From NCBI GenBank assembly GCA_002269645.1, contig NIVC01000169.1:186001-250000 (forward strand): a stretch of DNA of 64,000 bases, read 5' to 3'. Source of the stretch: Macrostomum lignano. Taxonomy: Eukaryota. Position 1 is the first letter of the stretch; every line of letters begins with the position of its first letter. Both the position numbers and the translations under genes were made by a program. Below, one piece after another: positions 37,495 to 49,942 of this stretch. The notes under the pieces are model-generated. The model searched no databases and was not told where the DNA came from. It saw only the letters and a program-made list of their open reading frames with translations.

Positions 37495-38558
37495 TCCTAA
37501 TTAACCGCCTGAACTCTCCTGAACTCTCCTAGTTACCCGCCTGAACTCTCCTAGTTACCCACCTGAACTCTCCTAGTTACCCACCTGAACTCTCCTAATT
37601 ACCCGCCTGAACTCTCCTAGTTACCCACCTGAACTCTCCTAGTTACCCGCCTGAACTCTCCTAGTTACCCACCTGAACTCTCCTAGTTACCCGCCTGAAC
37701 TCTCCTAGTTACCCACCTGAACTCTCCTAGTTACCCACCTGAACTCTCCTAGTTACCCGCCTGAACTCTCCTAGTTACCCACCTGAACTCTCCTAGTTAC
37801 CCGCCTGAACTCTCCTAGTTACCCGCCTGAACTCTCCTAGTTACCCACCTGAACTCTCCTAGTTACCCGCCTGAACTCTCCTAGTTACCCGCCTGAACTC
37901 TCCTAGTTACCCACCTGAACTCTCCTAGTTACCCGCCTGAACTCTCCTAATTGCCCACCTGAACTCTCCTAATTGCCCACCTGAACTCTCCTAGTTACCC
38001 ACCTGAACTCTCCTAGTTACCCACCTGAACTCTCCTAGTTACCCACCTGAACTCTCCTAGTTACCCACCTGAACTCTCCTAGTTACCCGCCTGAACTCTC
38101 CTAGTTACCCGTCTGAACTCTCCTAGTTACCCACCTGAACTCTCCTAGTTACCCACCTGGACTCTCCTAGTTACCCGCCTGAACTCTCCTAATTGCCCAC
38201 CTGAACTCTCCTAGTTACCCACCTGAACTCTCCTAGTTACCCACCTGAACTCTCCTAGTTACCCACCTGAACTCTCCTAATTGCCCACCTGAACTCTCCT
38301 AGTTACCCACCTGAACTCTCCTAGTTACCCACCTGAACTCTCCTAGTTACCCGCCTGAACTCTCCTAATTGCCCACCTGAACTCTCCTAATTGCCCGCCT
38401 GAACTCTCCTAATTGCCCACCTGAACTCTCCTAATTGCCCACCTGAACTCTCCTAGTTACCCACCTGAACTCTCCTAATTGCCCACCTGAACTCTCCTAG
38501 TTACCCACCTGAACTCTCCTAATTGCCCACCTGAACTCTCCTAGTTACCCACCTGAAC
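37495..38558. repeat. 22-bp tandem repeat cctgaactctcctagttaccca, ~48 units
   Basis: Read directly. Confidence 0.97.
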
Positions 38559-39242
38559 TTTTTTAACTACCCATCTGCGATAAAATCTAATCACTGTTAT
38601 CTAGTTATGCAAATTACCATTAAAACCCTTACTTAGATGCACTCTGCCAGTGAGTGGCCTCAATTGTCATTGACATTCCGAACATAATTTTATTTTAGCT
38701 AAGTGGTAAGTAGACATTTTATAAATACTGCTAGCTTAATCTGATTTCCAATCCGTCCGATTGAAATATGAATTTTGCTCGCGGCAGAATCTCCCAGCTG
38801 TGATATTATTGTTAAATTCATTAATATTTTGTACCTTGAATAAATATTTTAGCAAATTCGAATGCTGAGTTATCGTTTGTTTTTTTTCATATTTCGTCTC
38901 TAACTTTCTAGACATACCGCTGAGCAAGTAGTGAGTTAATCAACGCCTTTTGCTTCGTATTTTATTGGTAATTGAAGAGAACATTTTATTCGTATTTAAA
39001 TGTTTTTGATAGATTTTTAACTTAGTGCCTCACTGTACATTGTTTTGCTTGCTTTCAGACTGCTGAATAAACGATTTGCATGCCGGTTCTACATAATCAG
39101 TACGAGTACACTGGCCCTTGCTTAATTTTAAACAGATTTTATTGGTTATTGGCAGAGCTAAAATATGCTGGATTGGACTCTATTAGTCTTTTCTCCTTTC
39201 ATTAACTAGTACTCTATGGACTTTTCAGGTGTTTAACATAGA

Positions 39243-40252
39243 AACTGAGTTTGGTCAGGTAGGCAACTGAGATTATAGCTGAGTTTGGTCAGGTATGCAA
39301 CTGAGATTATAGCTGAGTTTGGTCAGGTATGAAACTGAGATTATAGCTGAGTTTGGTCAGGTATGCAACTGAGATTATAGCTGAGTTTGGTCAGGTATGA
39401 AACTGAGATTATAGCTGAGTTTGGTCAGGTATGCAACTGAGATTATAGCTGAGTTTGGTCAGGTATGCAACTGAGATTATAGCTGAGTTTGGTCAGGTAT
39501 GCAACTGAGATTATAGCTGAGTTTGGTCAGGTATGCAACTGAGATTATAGCTGAGTTTGGTCAGGTATGCAACTGAGATTATAGCTGAGTTTGGTCAGGT
39601 ATGCAACTGAGATTATAGCTGAGTTTGGTCAGGTATGCAACTGAGATTATAGCTGAGTTTGGTCAGGTATGCAACTGAGATTATAGCTGAGTTTGGTCAG
39701 GTATGCAACTGAGATTATAGCTGAGTTTGGTCAGGTATGCAACTGAGATTATAGCTGAGTTTGGTCAGGTATGAAACTGAGATTATAGCTGAGTTTGGTC
39801 AGGTATGAAACTGAGATTATAGCTGAGTTTGGTCAGGTATGCAACTGAGATTATAGCTGAGTTTGGTCAGGTATGCAACTGAGATTATAGCTGAGTTTGG
39901 TCAGGTATGCAACTGAGATTATAGCTGAGTTTGGTCAGGTATGCAACTGAAATTATAGCTGAGTTTGGTCAGGTATGAAACTGAGATTATAGTTGAGTTT
40001 GGTCAGGTATGAAACTGAGATTATAGCTGAGTTTGGTCAGGTATGAAACTGAGATTATAGCTGAGTTTGGTCAGGTATGAAACTGAGATTATAGCTGAGT
40101 TTGGTCAGGTATGCAACTGAGATTATAGCTGAGTTTGGTCAGGTATGCAACTGAAATTATAGCTGAGTTTGGTCAGGTATGCAACTGAGATTATAGCTGA
40201 GTTTGGTCAGGTATGCAACTGAGATTATAGTTGAGTTTGGTCAGGTATGAAA
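39243..40252. repeat. 34-bp tandem repeat ctgagattatagctgagtttggtcaggtatgcaa, ~29 units
   Basis: Period 34 (39301 to 39335). Confidence 0.97.
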
Positions 40253-40573
40253 CCCAATAGATTTGAAGTAATTAAAAAAAGTAAAAAATATGCAGCTTAT
40301 ATTTGAGCAAAAATGTTAACCCAAGAACTTAAAATGGCAAGTTCTGCAACATGCTTGACAGCTTGGCGCCTAGCAAAAATAAGTTGACCTAGCTACAGAT
40401 TTTAGTTTGAAAAAGTTTAATCTACACTGCAATATCGTAAATATTTAAAGCGCAACGCTCGATGAAATGAGAAAATGAAAAAAAGATAAAATCTTGTCAG
40501 CCGCGAGGACATTTAAAGTCAGCCAACAACTTCAGCTTTTGATCGTCGATAAAGCTACGTTTGTCGAGCTGCC

Positions 40574-42599
40574 ATGTCAGCACAGCAAATGTCCTCTGAA
40601 GCCACTGCCAAGCGGAACTTGAAGATGCAGCCCGACTACAACAAAAGCTCCCGCAACCAGGCCAGCTCCCTGCAGCGCTTCAAGCCCTTCATTGACGCTG
40701 CTGTGGCCGCCCACACTTCCGACCTGACCGAATCGCGGGGTCCCTTCGTGATCGCCGACTTCGGCTGCAGCACCGGACTCAACAGCTCCGACGCGGTGTC
40801 CCATCTTATCCGAGAAGTGCGCGCCAAGTACGCCAGCAGCCAGAGCTGCAGCTCGGTGCTCGTTGTGCTCAACGACATGCCCCACAATCAGTGGAGCGTC
40901 CTGTTCGACTTCCTGAACGGAGACCAGCGGTCCTTCCTGAAGCAGCTGCCGGGAGTGTTCGCGGTGACCTCTGGGATCAGCTTCTACGAGAAGGTGGGCA
41001 CCGTCTTAGCTCACGGAAGCTGGGAGAAACGAGCAAGACGAGTGAGATGAGGAATCTGAGTGAGATGAGTACACTGAGTGAGATGACTACACTGGGTGGG
41101 ATGGGTACACTGAGTGAGATCAGTACACTGAATGAGATGAGCAATCTGAGTGAGATGAGCACACTGAGTGAGATGAGCAATGTAAGTGAGATGAGCAACC
41201 TGAGTGAGATGAGCAATCTGAGTGAGATGAGGAATCTGAGTGAGATGAGCAATGTAAGTGAGATGAGCAACCTGAGTGAGATGAGGAATCTGAGTGAGAT
41301 GAGCAATCTGAGTGAGATGAGCAATCTGAGTGAGATGAGGAATCTGAGTGAGATGAGCAACCTGAGTGAGATGAGCAACCTGAGTGAGATGAGGAATCTG
41401 AGTGAGATGAGCAACCTGAGTGAGATGAGCAATCTGAGTGAGATAAGCAATCTGAGTGAGATGAGCAATGTGTGTGAGATGAGCAATGTGAGTGAGATGA
41501 GCAACCTGAGTGAGATGAGGAATCTGAGTGAGATGAGCAACCTGAGTGAGATGAGCAACCTGAGTGAGATGAGCAACCTGAGTGAGATGAGGAATCTGAG
41601 TGAGATGAGCAACCTGAGTGAGATGAGCAACCTGAGTGAGATGAGGAATCTGAGTGAGATGAGCAACCTGAGTGAGATGAGCAATCTGAGTGAGATGAGC
41701 AATCTGAGTGAGATGAGCAATGTGTGTGAGATGAGCAATGTGTGTGAGATGAGCAACCTGAGTGAGATGAGCAACCTAAGTGAGATGAGCAATCTGAGTG
41801 AGATGAGCAATCTGAGATGAACACACTGAGAGAAATTGCCATATGCTGTTCTGAATAAGAGACTTGGGAGGCTATCACTAAAAGTGCATAGCTCACTCGC
41901 GCTACAACAATTGTCTGTACCTTCCAGGTGCTGCCACCAAGCAGTCTGCAGATTGGAATCTCCAACATCTGCCTGCACTGGTGCTCTCAGCTACCCACTA
42001 AACTGTCAAATCACGGATTCTCTTTGTTCGGCACCGAAAAGGAGCAGGAAGCGTTCAGGAAGCAGGCGGCCAAGGACTGGGGCAGCTTCCTCGAGGCGAG
42101 GTCCAAGGAGCTCGTCAGAGGCGGCGTTATTGTCGCGAACTTCCTTTCATCGCAAGACAAGGCCGCCAGCATCTTCGACGAGATCTACAAGTCGGTCGAG
42201 GCGCTTCGTTCGCGCGGCGTCATCGAGTCGGAGGAGCTCGCGAACTTCAACTGTCCCATTTGCTTCCGCTCAGTGGAAGACGTCAGCGAGCCGTCGCAGT
42301 ACGAGCGGCTTGGCCTGGAGCTGCTGCGGGCCGAGGCGCTGCCGCAGAGCCGCTCGACTTACTACGAGGACTTCCTGCAGCACGGAGACCTGGACCGGTT
42401 CGTCTCTGAGTACGTGAACTCCTGCCGAGTCACGTGCGAGTCCACGTTCTCGGACGCGCTGAACGCGGCCCGGTCCGAGGCCGACAAGTCGGCGGTGTGC
42501 GCCGAGCTGTGGGTCGAGCACCGAGCTCGGGTGGCCCGGCAGCCGCGGCTGTTTGAGTTCACTTGGCGAACTGTGGGAGTTGTGCTGCTCAAGCTGTAG
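40574..42599 (+). CDS. SABATH-family SAM-dependent methyltransferase (Methyltransf_7-like), copy 1, 363 aa
   Basis: Exons 40574-40993 and 41928-42599 (GT-AG, phase 0). Family motifs YNKSSRNQ, IADFGCSTGLN, VLNDMPHNQW..LF, GISFY, SNICLHWCSQLP and QAAKDWGSFLEARSKELVRGG. Confidence 0.9.
41040..41820. repeat. 18-bp tandem repeat ctgagtgagatgagcaat in the SABATH copy 1 intron
   Basis: Read directly. The homologous shorter array in copy 2 is at 57715-58170. Confidence 0.97.
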
Positions 42600-43446
42600 G
42601 CTGCTGTTTGAGTTCACTTGGCGAACTGTGGGAGTTGTGGTGCGCAAGCTGTAGGCTGCTGTTTGAGTTCACTTGGCGAACTGTGGGAGTTGTGGTGCTC
42701 ATACTGTAGGCTGCTGTTTGAGTTCACTTGGCGAACTGTGGGAGTTGTGGTGCTCATACTGTAGGCTGCTGTTTGAGTTCACTTGGCGAACTGTAGGAGT
42801 TGTGCTGCGCAAGCCGTAGGCTGCTGTTTGAGTTCACTTGGCGAACTGTGGGAGTTGTGCTGCTCAAGCTGTAGGCTGCTGTTTGAGTTCACTTGGCGAA
42901 CTGTGGGAGTTGTGCTGCTCAAGCTGTAGGTTGCTGTTTGAGTTCACTTGGCGAACTGTGGGAGTTGTGCTACTCAAGCTGTAGGCTGCTGTTTGAGTTC
43001 ACTTGGCGAACTGTGGGAGTTGTGGTGCTCAAGCTGTAGGCTGCTGTTTGAGTTCACTTGGCAAACTGTGGGAGTTGTGGTGCTCAAGCTGTAGGCTGCT
43101 GTTTGAGTTCACTTGGCAAACTGTGGGAGTTGTGCTGCTCAAGCTGTAGGCTGCTGTTTGAGTTCACTTGGCAAACTGTGGGAGTTGTGCTGCTCAAGCT
43201 GTAGGCTGCTGTTTGAGTTCACTTGGCGAACTGTGGGAGTTGTGCTGCTCAAGCTGTAGGCTGCTGTTTGAGTTCACTTGGCAAACTGTGGGAGTTGTGC
43301 TGCTCAAGCTGTAGGCTGCTGTTTGAGTTCACTTGGCGAACTGTGGGAGTTGTGCTGCTCAAGCTGTAGGCTGCTGTTTGAGTTCACTTGGCGAACTGTG
43401 GGAGTTGTGCTGCTCAAGCTGTAGGCTGCTGTTTGAGTTCACTTGG
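42548..43446 (+). repeat. 55-bp tandem repeat whose first unit is the last ~17 codons plus stop of SABATH copy 1, ~16 units
   Basis: gtttgagttcacttggcgaactgtgggagttgtgctgctcaagctgTAGgctgct recurs at 42551, 42606, 42661 ... 43431. Confidence 0.97.
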
Positions 43447-43764
43447 AAAAGTTCTGTTAAGCAAAAAGTCCTCTGGTTGTATGTTTGAGCTACTTGAAAT
43501 TCAGTTTGCAGTTCAATTGAAATTACTTTTTCTATCTGATTTCGAGCAAAAGCAGATTTATTTCCTGTGCCCGTAGATTTCAAGATTTGCTTTTTGTTAA
43601 AGAATTCAAGCCCTTGCTGTCAATATTCGCTACCATATTGTTTCTCAGTACTCATGCCAATGACACTTTATATAGTAATAACTCTGCTGCAACACAGATG
43701 ATTCTGCATCAGTATCCGGTATTTTATGGTCAGCAAAGTACAGAGTGATTCGAGTACAGTGTCA

Positions 43765-43766
<2 letters not shown>

Positions 43767-43805
<39 letters not shown>
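43767..43805. repeat. (CA)n microsatellite
   Basis: Read directly. Confidence 0.95.
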
Positions 43806-43807
<2 letters not shown>

Positions 43808-44065
43808 CTGAAACAATTTGATCAACCGAACGTTAGATTTCTTAGAAAGTTCTCAGTTCAAACCTATGTGAAAATTTGTTGTTGATGTTACACTGAAATT
43901 TCTGGATCCAGCGATCTCAGACTCAGAATATAAGTCGCAGATTATCAGATTATTATTGTTATTGACTATTATTTATTTTTGTGTACCGAAAGTTTTCTCT
44001 CAAGTTCCAAGTAGTGAAAATGAATGAATGAGATGATTGGGGCTATTGTCCTTGCTTCCTTGCAT

Positions 44066-44378
44066 GAAGGGGGTTGTAGCCTAGCAGTTAAAGCGTCGGA
44101 CCCACGACTTAAAGGTCGGGGGTTCGATTTTCGACCCAACTCGGAACAATTTTGTGTCCTTGAGCAAGACACTTAACTCTGCATTGCTTCAGTTCACCCA
44201 GCTGTAAAATGGGTGCCAGCATTAGCTGGGGTAATTGAGGCTGTGTGTGGCGACCCCCCAGTCCTTGGACTGAACAGCCGTACGCAGCCTTCAGATGCGC
44301 CGCGCAATAGCTGCGGCTGAGCTGTCGGTTGCACATCTGGCCCATTAGGGCAGGTGTAATCAATTATTATTACTATTA
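44066..44378 (+). mobile_element. SINE family A, full length
   Basis: Head, CORE, 3' stem gccgc-gcaatagct-gcggc and ATT tail all present. Confidence 0.9.
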
Positions 44379-44442
44379 AATCTGGAACATGATAAAACAA
44401 AATTGGCTAAAAGTCAGATCGGGGCGCACCATCCCTGTGGTT

Positions 44443-45113
44443 TTATAACTTTCGGACAACAGCTGAGACAGAATTAAATGAATAACGAAGCCTCTCCGGA
44501 TCGCTAGCAGCCAGAGTCTGAAGCTCGCCCCACATTTGCTGGCTGACGGTCTCTCGGTCCTTGTCGCTGCGCTCCGGGGTCAACGAACTTTGAAAATAGG
44601 TCTCAAAGACTGCTTTGAAAGCGGAGCTGTACCCCGCACCGGACCGGTCTGAGTCCCCGTGCTGCAGAAAATCCTCATAGTAGACGGTGTCGCTCTGCGG
44701 CAGCGCGTCAGCCCGCAGCAGCTCCAGGCCAAGCCGCTTGTACTGCGACGGCTCCTTCAAATCACCCACAGTCCGGAAGCACATGGGAATTTTGAAGTTC
44801 GCGAGCTCCTCCGAGTCGATGACGCCGCGATTGAGCAGAACTCTGGCAGCCTGGTAGATGGCATCTGTTAGCAAGTCAGAGGCCGGCCCAGCCATTACCA
44901 TGTCACAGCGAGGACGCCACCTCTGACAAGCTCCTTGGACCTCGCCTGGAGGAAGCTGCCCCAGTCTCTGGCCGCCTGCTGCCTGAACGCCTCCTGCTCC
45001 TCCTCGGTGCCGAAAGAAGCAAAGCCGTGATTTGACAGTTTAGTGGGTAGCTGTGAGCACCAGTGCAGGCAGATGTTTGAAATTCCAATCTGCAGACTGC
45101 TAGGTGGCAGCGC
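44443..45113 (-). pseudogene. Orphan, divergent SABATH exon 2 (copy 3) with one frameshift and no adjacent exon 1
   Basis: Acceptor cattcag|gcg at 45113. ALPPSSLQIGISNICLHW...RGGVLAVT, then a frame change at ~44900 into MVMAG...EPSQYKRLGLELLRADALPQS...VVRKL stop. Confidence 0.8.
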
Positions 45114-45365
45114 CTGAATGAAACTTGGGTAGCTTGTTATCAATGCTTGTATACCTTTGTATTGGTAGCAACTGATACCACCTATTCCAAATAGCATATA
45201 ACAAATACAGCACTTTATATCTGAAGTTTGAACATCTCAGTCGTTTACTCATCTCAGTCAATTGGCGAACTCTGGGAGTTGTGGTGCTCAAGCTGTAGGC
45301 TGCTGTTTGAGTTCACTTGGCGAACTGTGGGAGTTGTGCTGCTCAAGCTGTAGGCTGCTGTTCTA

Positions 45366-47070
45366 GCAGTCCTACAGCTAGTCCTATCCCAGTCCTAGCA
45401 CTCCCGGTCCTAGCACTCCCAGTCCTAGCACTCCCAGTCCTAGCACTCCCGGTCCTAGCACTCCCAGTCCTAGCACTCCCAGTCCTAGCACTCCCGGTCC
45501 TAGCACTCCCAGTCCTAGCACTCCCCAGTGTTAGCACTCGCCACAGTCCTAGCACTCCCAGTCCTAGCACTCCCCAGTGTTAGCACTCCCAGTCCTAGCA
45601 CTCCCAGTCCTAGCACTCCCAATCCTAGCACTCCCAGTCCTAGCACTCCCCAGTGTTAGCACTCGCCACAGTTCTAGCACTCCCAGTCCTAGCACTCCCA
45701 GTCCTAGCACTCCCCAGTGTTAGCACTCGCCACAGTTCTAGCACTCCCAGTCCTAGCACTCCCAGTCCTAGCACTCCCAGTCCTAGCACTCCCAGTCCTA
45801 GCACTCCCAGTCCTAGCACTCCCCAGTGTTAGCACTCGCCACAGTTCTAGCACTCCCAGTCCTAGCACTCCCAGTCCTAGCACTCCCCAGTGTTAGCACT
45901 CGCCACAGTTCTAGCACTCCCAGTCCTAGCACTCCCAGTCCTAGCACTCCCAGTCCTAGCACTCCCAGTCCTAGCACTCCCAGTCCTAGCACTCCCAGTC
46001 CTAGCGCTCCCCAGTGTTAGCACTCCCCAGTGTTAGCACTCCCCAGTGTTAGCACTCCCAGTCCTAGCACTCCCAGTCCTAGCACTCCCAGTCCTAGCAC
46101 TCCCAGTCCTAGCACTCCCAGTCCTAGAATTCCCGGTCCTAGCACTCCCAGTCCTAGCACTCCCCAGTGTTAGCACTCGCCACAGTCCTAGCACTCCCAG
46201 TCCTAGCACTCCCAGTCCTAGCACTCCCAGTCCTAGCACTCCCAGTCCTAGCACTCCCAGTCCTAGAATTCCCGGTCCTAGCACTCCCAGTCCTAGCACT
46301 CCCCAGTGTTAGCACTCGCCACAGTCCTAGCACTCCCAGTCCTAGCACTCCCCAGTGTTAGCACTCGCCACAGTTCTAGCCCTCCCAGTCCTAGCACTCC
46401 CAGTCCTAGCACTCCCCAGTGTTAGCACTCGCCACAGTCCTAGCACTCCCAGTCCTAGCACTCCCAGTCCTAGCACTCCCAGTCCTAGCACTCCCAGTCC
46501 TAGCACTCCCAGTCCTAGCACTCCCCAGTGTTAGCACTCGCCACAGTTCTAGCACTCCCAGTCCTAGCACTCACAGTCCTAGCACTCCCCAGTGTTAGCA
46601 CTCGCCACAGTTCTAGCACTCCCAGTCCTAGCACTCCCAGTCCTAGCACTCCCAGTCCTAGCACTCCCAGTCCTAGCACTCCCAGTCCTAGCACTCCCAG
46701 TCCTAGCACTCCCAGTCCTAGCACTCCCAGTCCTAGCACTCCCAGTCCTAGAATTCCCGGTCCTAGCACTCCCAGTCCTAGCACTCCCCAGTGTTAGCAC
46801 TCGCCACAGTCCTAGCACTCCCAGTCCTAGCACTCCCAGTCCTAGCACTCCCAGTCCTAGCACTCCCAGTCCTAGCACTCCCGGTCCTAGCACTCCCAGT
46901 CCTAGCACTCCCAGTCCTAGCACTCCCAGTCCTAGCACTCCCAGTCCTAGCACTCCCAGTCCTAGCACTCCCGGTCCTAGCACTCCCCAGTGTTAGCACT
47001 CCCAGTCCTAGCACTCCCAGTCCTAGCACTCCCGGTCCTAGCACTCCCCAGTGTTAGCACTCGCCACAGC
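45366..47070. repeat. 15-bp composite tandem repeat (agtcctagcactccc with cagtgttagcactcgcca variants)
   Basis: Read directly. A rare gaattcccgg marker recurs at 46127, 46266 and 46751. Confidence 0.97.
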
Positions 47071-47077
47071 CCTAGCC

Positions 47078-47437
47078 GTGGAGACACAACAGGAATCTGT
47101 GGAGACAATAATAATCTGTGGAAACACAATTGGAATTTATGGAGACACAATAGGAGAATCTGTAGAGACACAATAGGAATATATGGAGACACAATAGGAG
47201 AATCTGTAGAGACACAATAGGAATCTGTGGAGACACAATAGGAATCTGTGCAGACACTATAGGAATCTGTGGAGACACAATAGGAATCTGTGGAGACACT
47301 ATAGGAATCTGTGGAGACACAATAGGAATCTGTGCAGACACAATAGGAATCTGTGGAGACACTATAGGAATCTGTGGAGACACTATAGGAATCTGTGGAG
47401 ACACAATAGGAATCTGTGGAGACACAATAGGAATTTC
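47078..47437. repeat. 21-bp tandem repeat ggagacacaataggaatctgt
   Basis: Read directly. Confidence 0.95.
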
Positions 47438-47774
47438 AGAGCTAAAAGAAAATCGAACTGTTTAACTAAAGCAATCCGTACTTCACTGCGCCTGTCTTCT
47501 GTCTACCTGGATTTGCTAAAAATTGCACAGGGTTACTCTATATTTAGTCACATGATAACCCATGGAAAAATTACTAATTCAACCTGCAATCAACTAAGGT
47601 TGCTATCTTAGCAGCATCTTTAAGCCAATGAGGCGTGTGCTGTGTCTATATCCTGCCCTTACCCTACGGGTTTGAAAATTCAACACTTGCATAAATTGAT
47701 GAATCAGAGCGCCCACCTCAGGCTAGGGCTAATACATATTAGTGGCAGTCTCTGCCACACCCAGACAGCGCCGC

Positions 47775-48350
47775 ATGGACTCCTATAAAGTTGTTGTCGT
47801 TGGCGACGGGGCCGTTGGCAAGACGGCCATGCTGATCTCCTACGTGAGCAACAGTTTCCCCACTGACTACGTGCCGACCGTGTTCGACTCCAGCACCACC
47901 AAGGAGATGGTCAACGGCCGGCTGATTGAGCTCAACTTCTGGGACACCGCCGGCCAGACTGACTACGACCGGGTCCGGCCGCTGAGCTACCCGCACTCCA
48001 GCCTGTTCCTGCTGTGCTTCTCCATCAGCAGCCGCATCAGCTTCGACAATGTGGCCACGAAATGGAAGCCGGAGCTGCAGCACTACAGTCCCGGCGTGCC
48101 CATCCTGCTGGTTGGCACCAAGCAGGATCTGCGCGACTCAGCCAGCGAGGGCGGCGCTTTCGGCAGCGGCTTTGTGCGCTACGCCGAGGGCGCCGATTTG
48201 GCAAAGCGGATCGGCGCCGCCGGCTACGTGGAGTGCTCGGCCCTGACTCAGGCCAACCTGCGCGGCGTCTTTGCGGAGGCTGTACGCCTCATCACTTCCC
48301 CGCCGCGTCCCCAGAAGCCGAGCTGGCGGGACAGGTGCCAAGTTCTGTAG
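47775..48350 (+). CDS. Intronless Rho-family small GTPase (Rac/Cdc42-like), 191 aa
   Basis: GDGAVGKT (G1), YVPTVFD (switch I), WDTAGQ (G3), TKQD (G4), ECSA (G5), and C-terminal CAAX CQVL. Confidence 0.92.
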   Translation: MDSYKVVVVGDGAVGKTAMLISYVSNSFPTDYVPTVFDSSTTKEMVNGRLIELNFWDTAGQTDYDRVRPLSYPHSSLFLLCFSISSRISFDNVATKWKPELQHYSPGVPILLVGTKQDLRDSASEGGAFGSGFVRYAEGADLAKRIGAAGYVECSALTQANLRGVFAEAVRLITSPPRPQKPSWRDRCQVL

Positions 48351-48579
48351 CTGATTGACTGTTTCAACCTGAGATGCTGCTCCATATTCCATATGCTTCG
48401 TCACCATTGAACTGCGGATCTTCACATTTGCTCGGTCATCTCAGCCTAACTCTTACCAGGGCTGCTAGTAGTACAGGGACTGCTGATCTCATGGACACCA
48501 AAATCTTAATGGACTATTTAAAGTAGAAAGAAGTATGAAGCCATGAAAGCTTGAAAAATTCATTGGCAGGCGGATTTTC

Positions 48580-48900
48580 ATGCTCCATGAGAGTCACTCC
48601 ACCCAATCCCATATGCTCCATGAGAGTCACTCCACCCAATCTCACATGCTCCATGAGAGTCACTCCACCCAATCTCACATGCTCCATGAGAGTCACTCCA
48701 CTCAATCTCACATGCTCCATGAGAGTCACTCCACTCAATCTCATATGCTCCATGAGAGTCACTCCACCCAATCTCACATGCTCCATGAGAGTCACTCCAC
48801 CCAATCTCACATGCTCCATGAGAGTCACTCCACCCAATCTCACATGCTCCATGAGAGTCACTCCACTCAATCTCACATGCTTCATGAGAGTCACTTCATC
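48580..48900. repeat. 33-bp tandem repeat atgctccatgagagtcactccacccaatctcac
   Basis: Read directly, ~9-10 units. Confidence 0.95.
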
Positions 48901-49227
48901 TAATCCATTGAGCAGAGTGAAATTATTTGGCAATGTAGACCAAGCAGTTTCTGACATTTGGTGCCAATTATAAGACTGTACCAATCACCATTTCTCTGCT
49001 ATCAAACCGCCATTTTTTTCAACAAAAGATAAAATTTTGCATGCTGAATCTGATGGCTAAATGAATGTTTCAATATATTACATGCGAGCTACATTTAAAC
49101 TGCCTTGAATTTGGTCCTCAATTGAATTTTTTTAATGCTTGACAACTTAGATTTATTAGCGAAGTATTCCATTTTCGGACAGTAGTTTATGACCTCTGCT
49201 CTGTCGTCTACTGCAGGGTCTGCTTGC

Positions 49228-49381
49228 CTGAGTGAGACAGGGAAAGAGTGAGACAGGGAGAGAGTGAGATAGGGAAGAGAGTGAGACAGGGAGAGAGTGA
49301 GACAAGGAGAAAGTGAGATAGGGAACAGAGTGAGACAGGGAGAGAGTGAGACAAGGGTAAGAGTGAGATAGGGAAGAGAGT

Positions 49382-49436
<55 letters not shown>

Positions 49437-49942
49437 TGTGAGACAGGGAGCGAATGATACAGAGAGAGAGTGAGACAAGAGTGAGAGTGAGACAGGGAGA
49501 GAGTGAGACAGGGATACAGTGAGACAATAGTGAGAGTGAGACAGGGATACAGTGAGACAATAGTGAGAGTGAGACAGGGATACAGTGAGACAATAGTGAG
49601 AGTGAGACAGGGATACAGTGAGACAATAGTGAGAGTGAGACAGGGATACAGTGAGACAATAGTGAGAGTGAGACAGGGATACAGTGAGACAATAGTGAGA
49701 GTGAGACAGGGATACAGTGAGACAATAGTGAGAGTGAGACAGGGATACAGTGAGACAATAGTGAGAGTGAGACAGGGATACAGTGAGACAATAGTGAGAG
49801 TGAGACAGGGATACAGTGAGACAATAGTGAGAGTGAGACAGGGATACAGTGAGACAATAGTGAGAGTGAGACAGGGATACAGTGAGACAATAGTGAGAGT
49901 GAGACAGGGATACAGTGAGACAATAGTGAGAGTGAGACAGGG
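49228..49942. repeat. GA-rich region: degenerate repeats, (GA)n at ~49388-49434, then a 33-bp array gagacagggatacagtgagacaatagtgagagt
   Basis: Read directly. Confidence 0.95.

Noticed and set aside
40891-41978. ORFs of 282-333 aa (EMSNLS, LLISLR and CSSHSD repeats) and their counterparts at 57522-58317
   Set aside because: Translations of the 18-bp intronic array inside a well-supported GT-AG intron.
42548-43446. 55-bp regularly spaced repeats with a short hairpin (agttc/gaact) resembling a CRISPR array
   Set aside because: No unique spacers, no cas genes, eukaryotic context; the unit derives from the SABATH CDS end.
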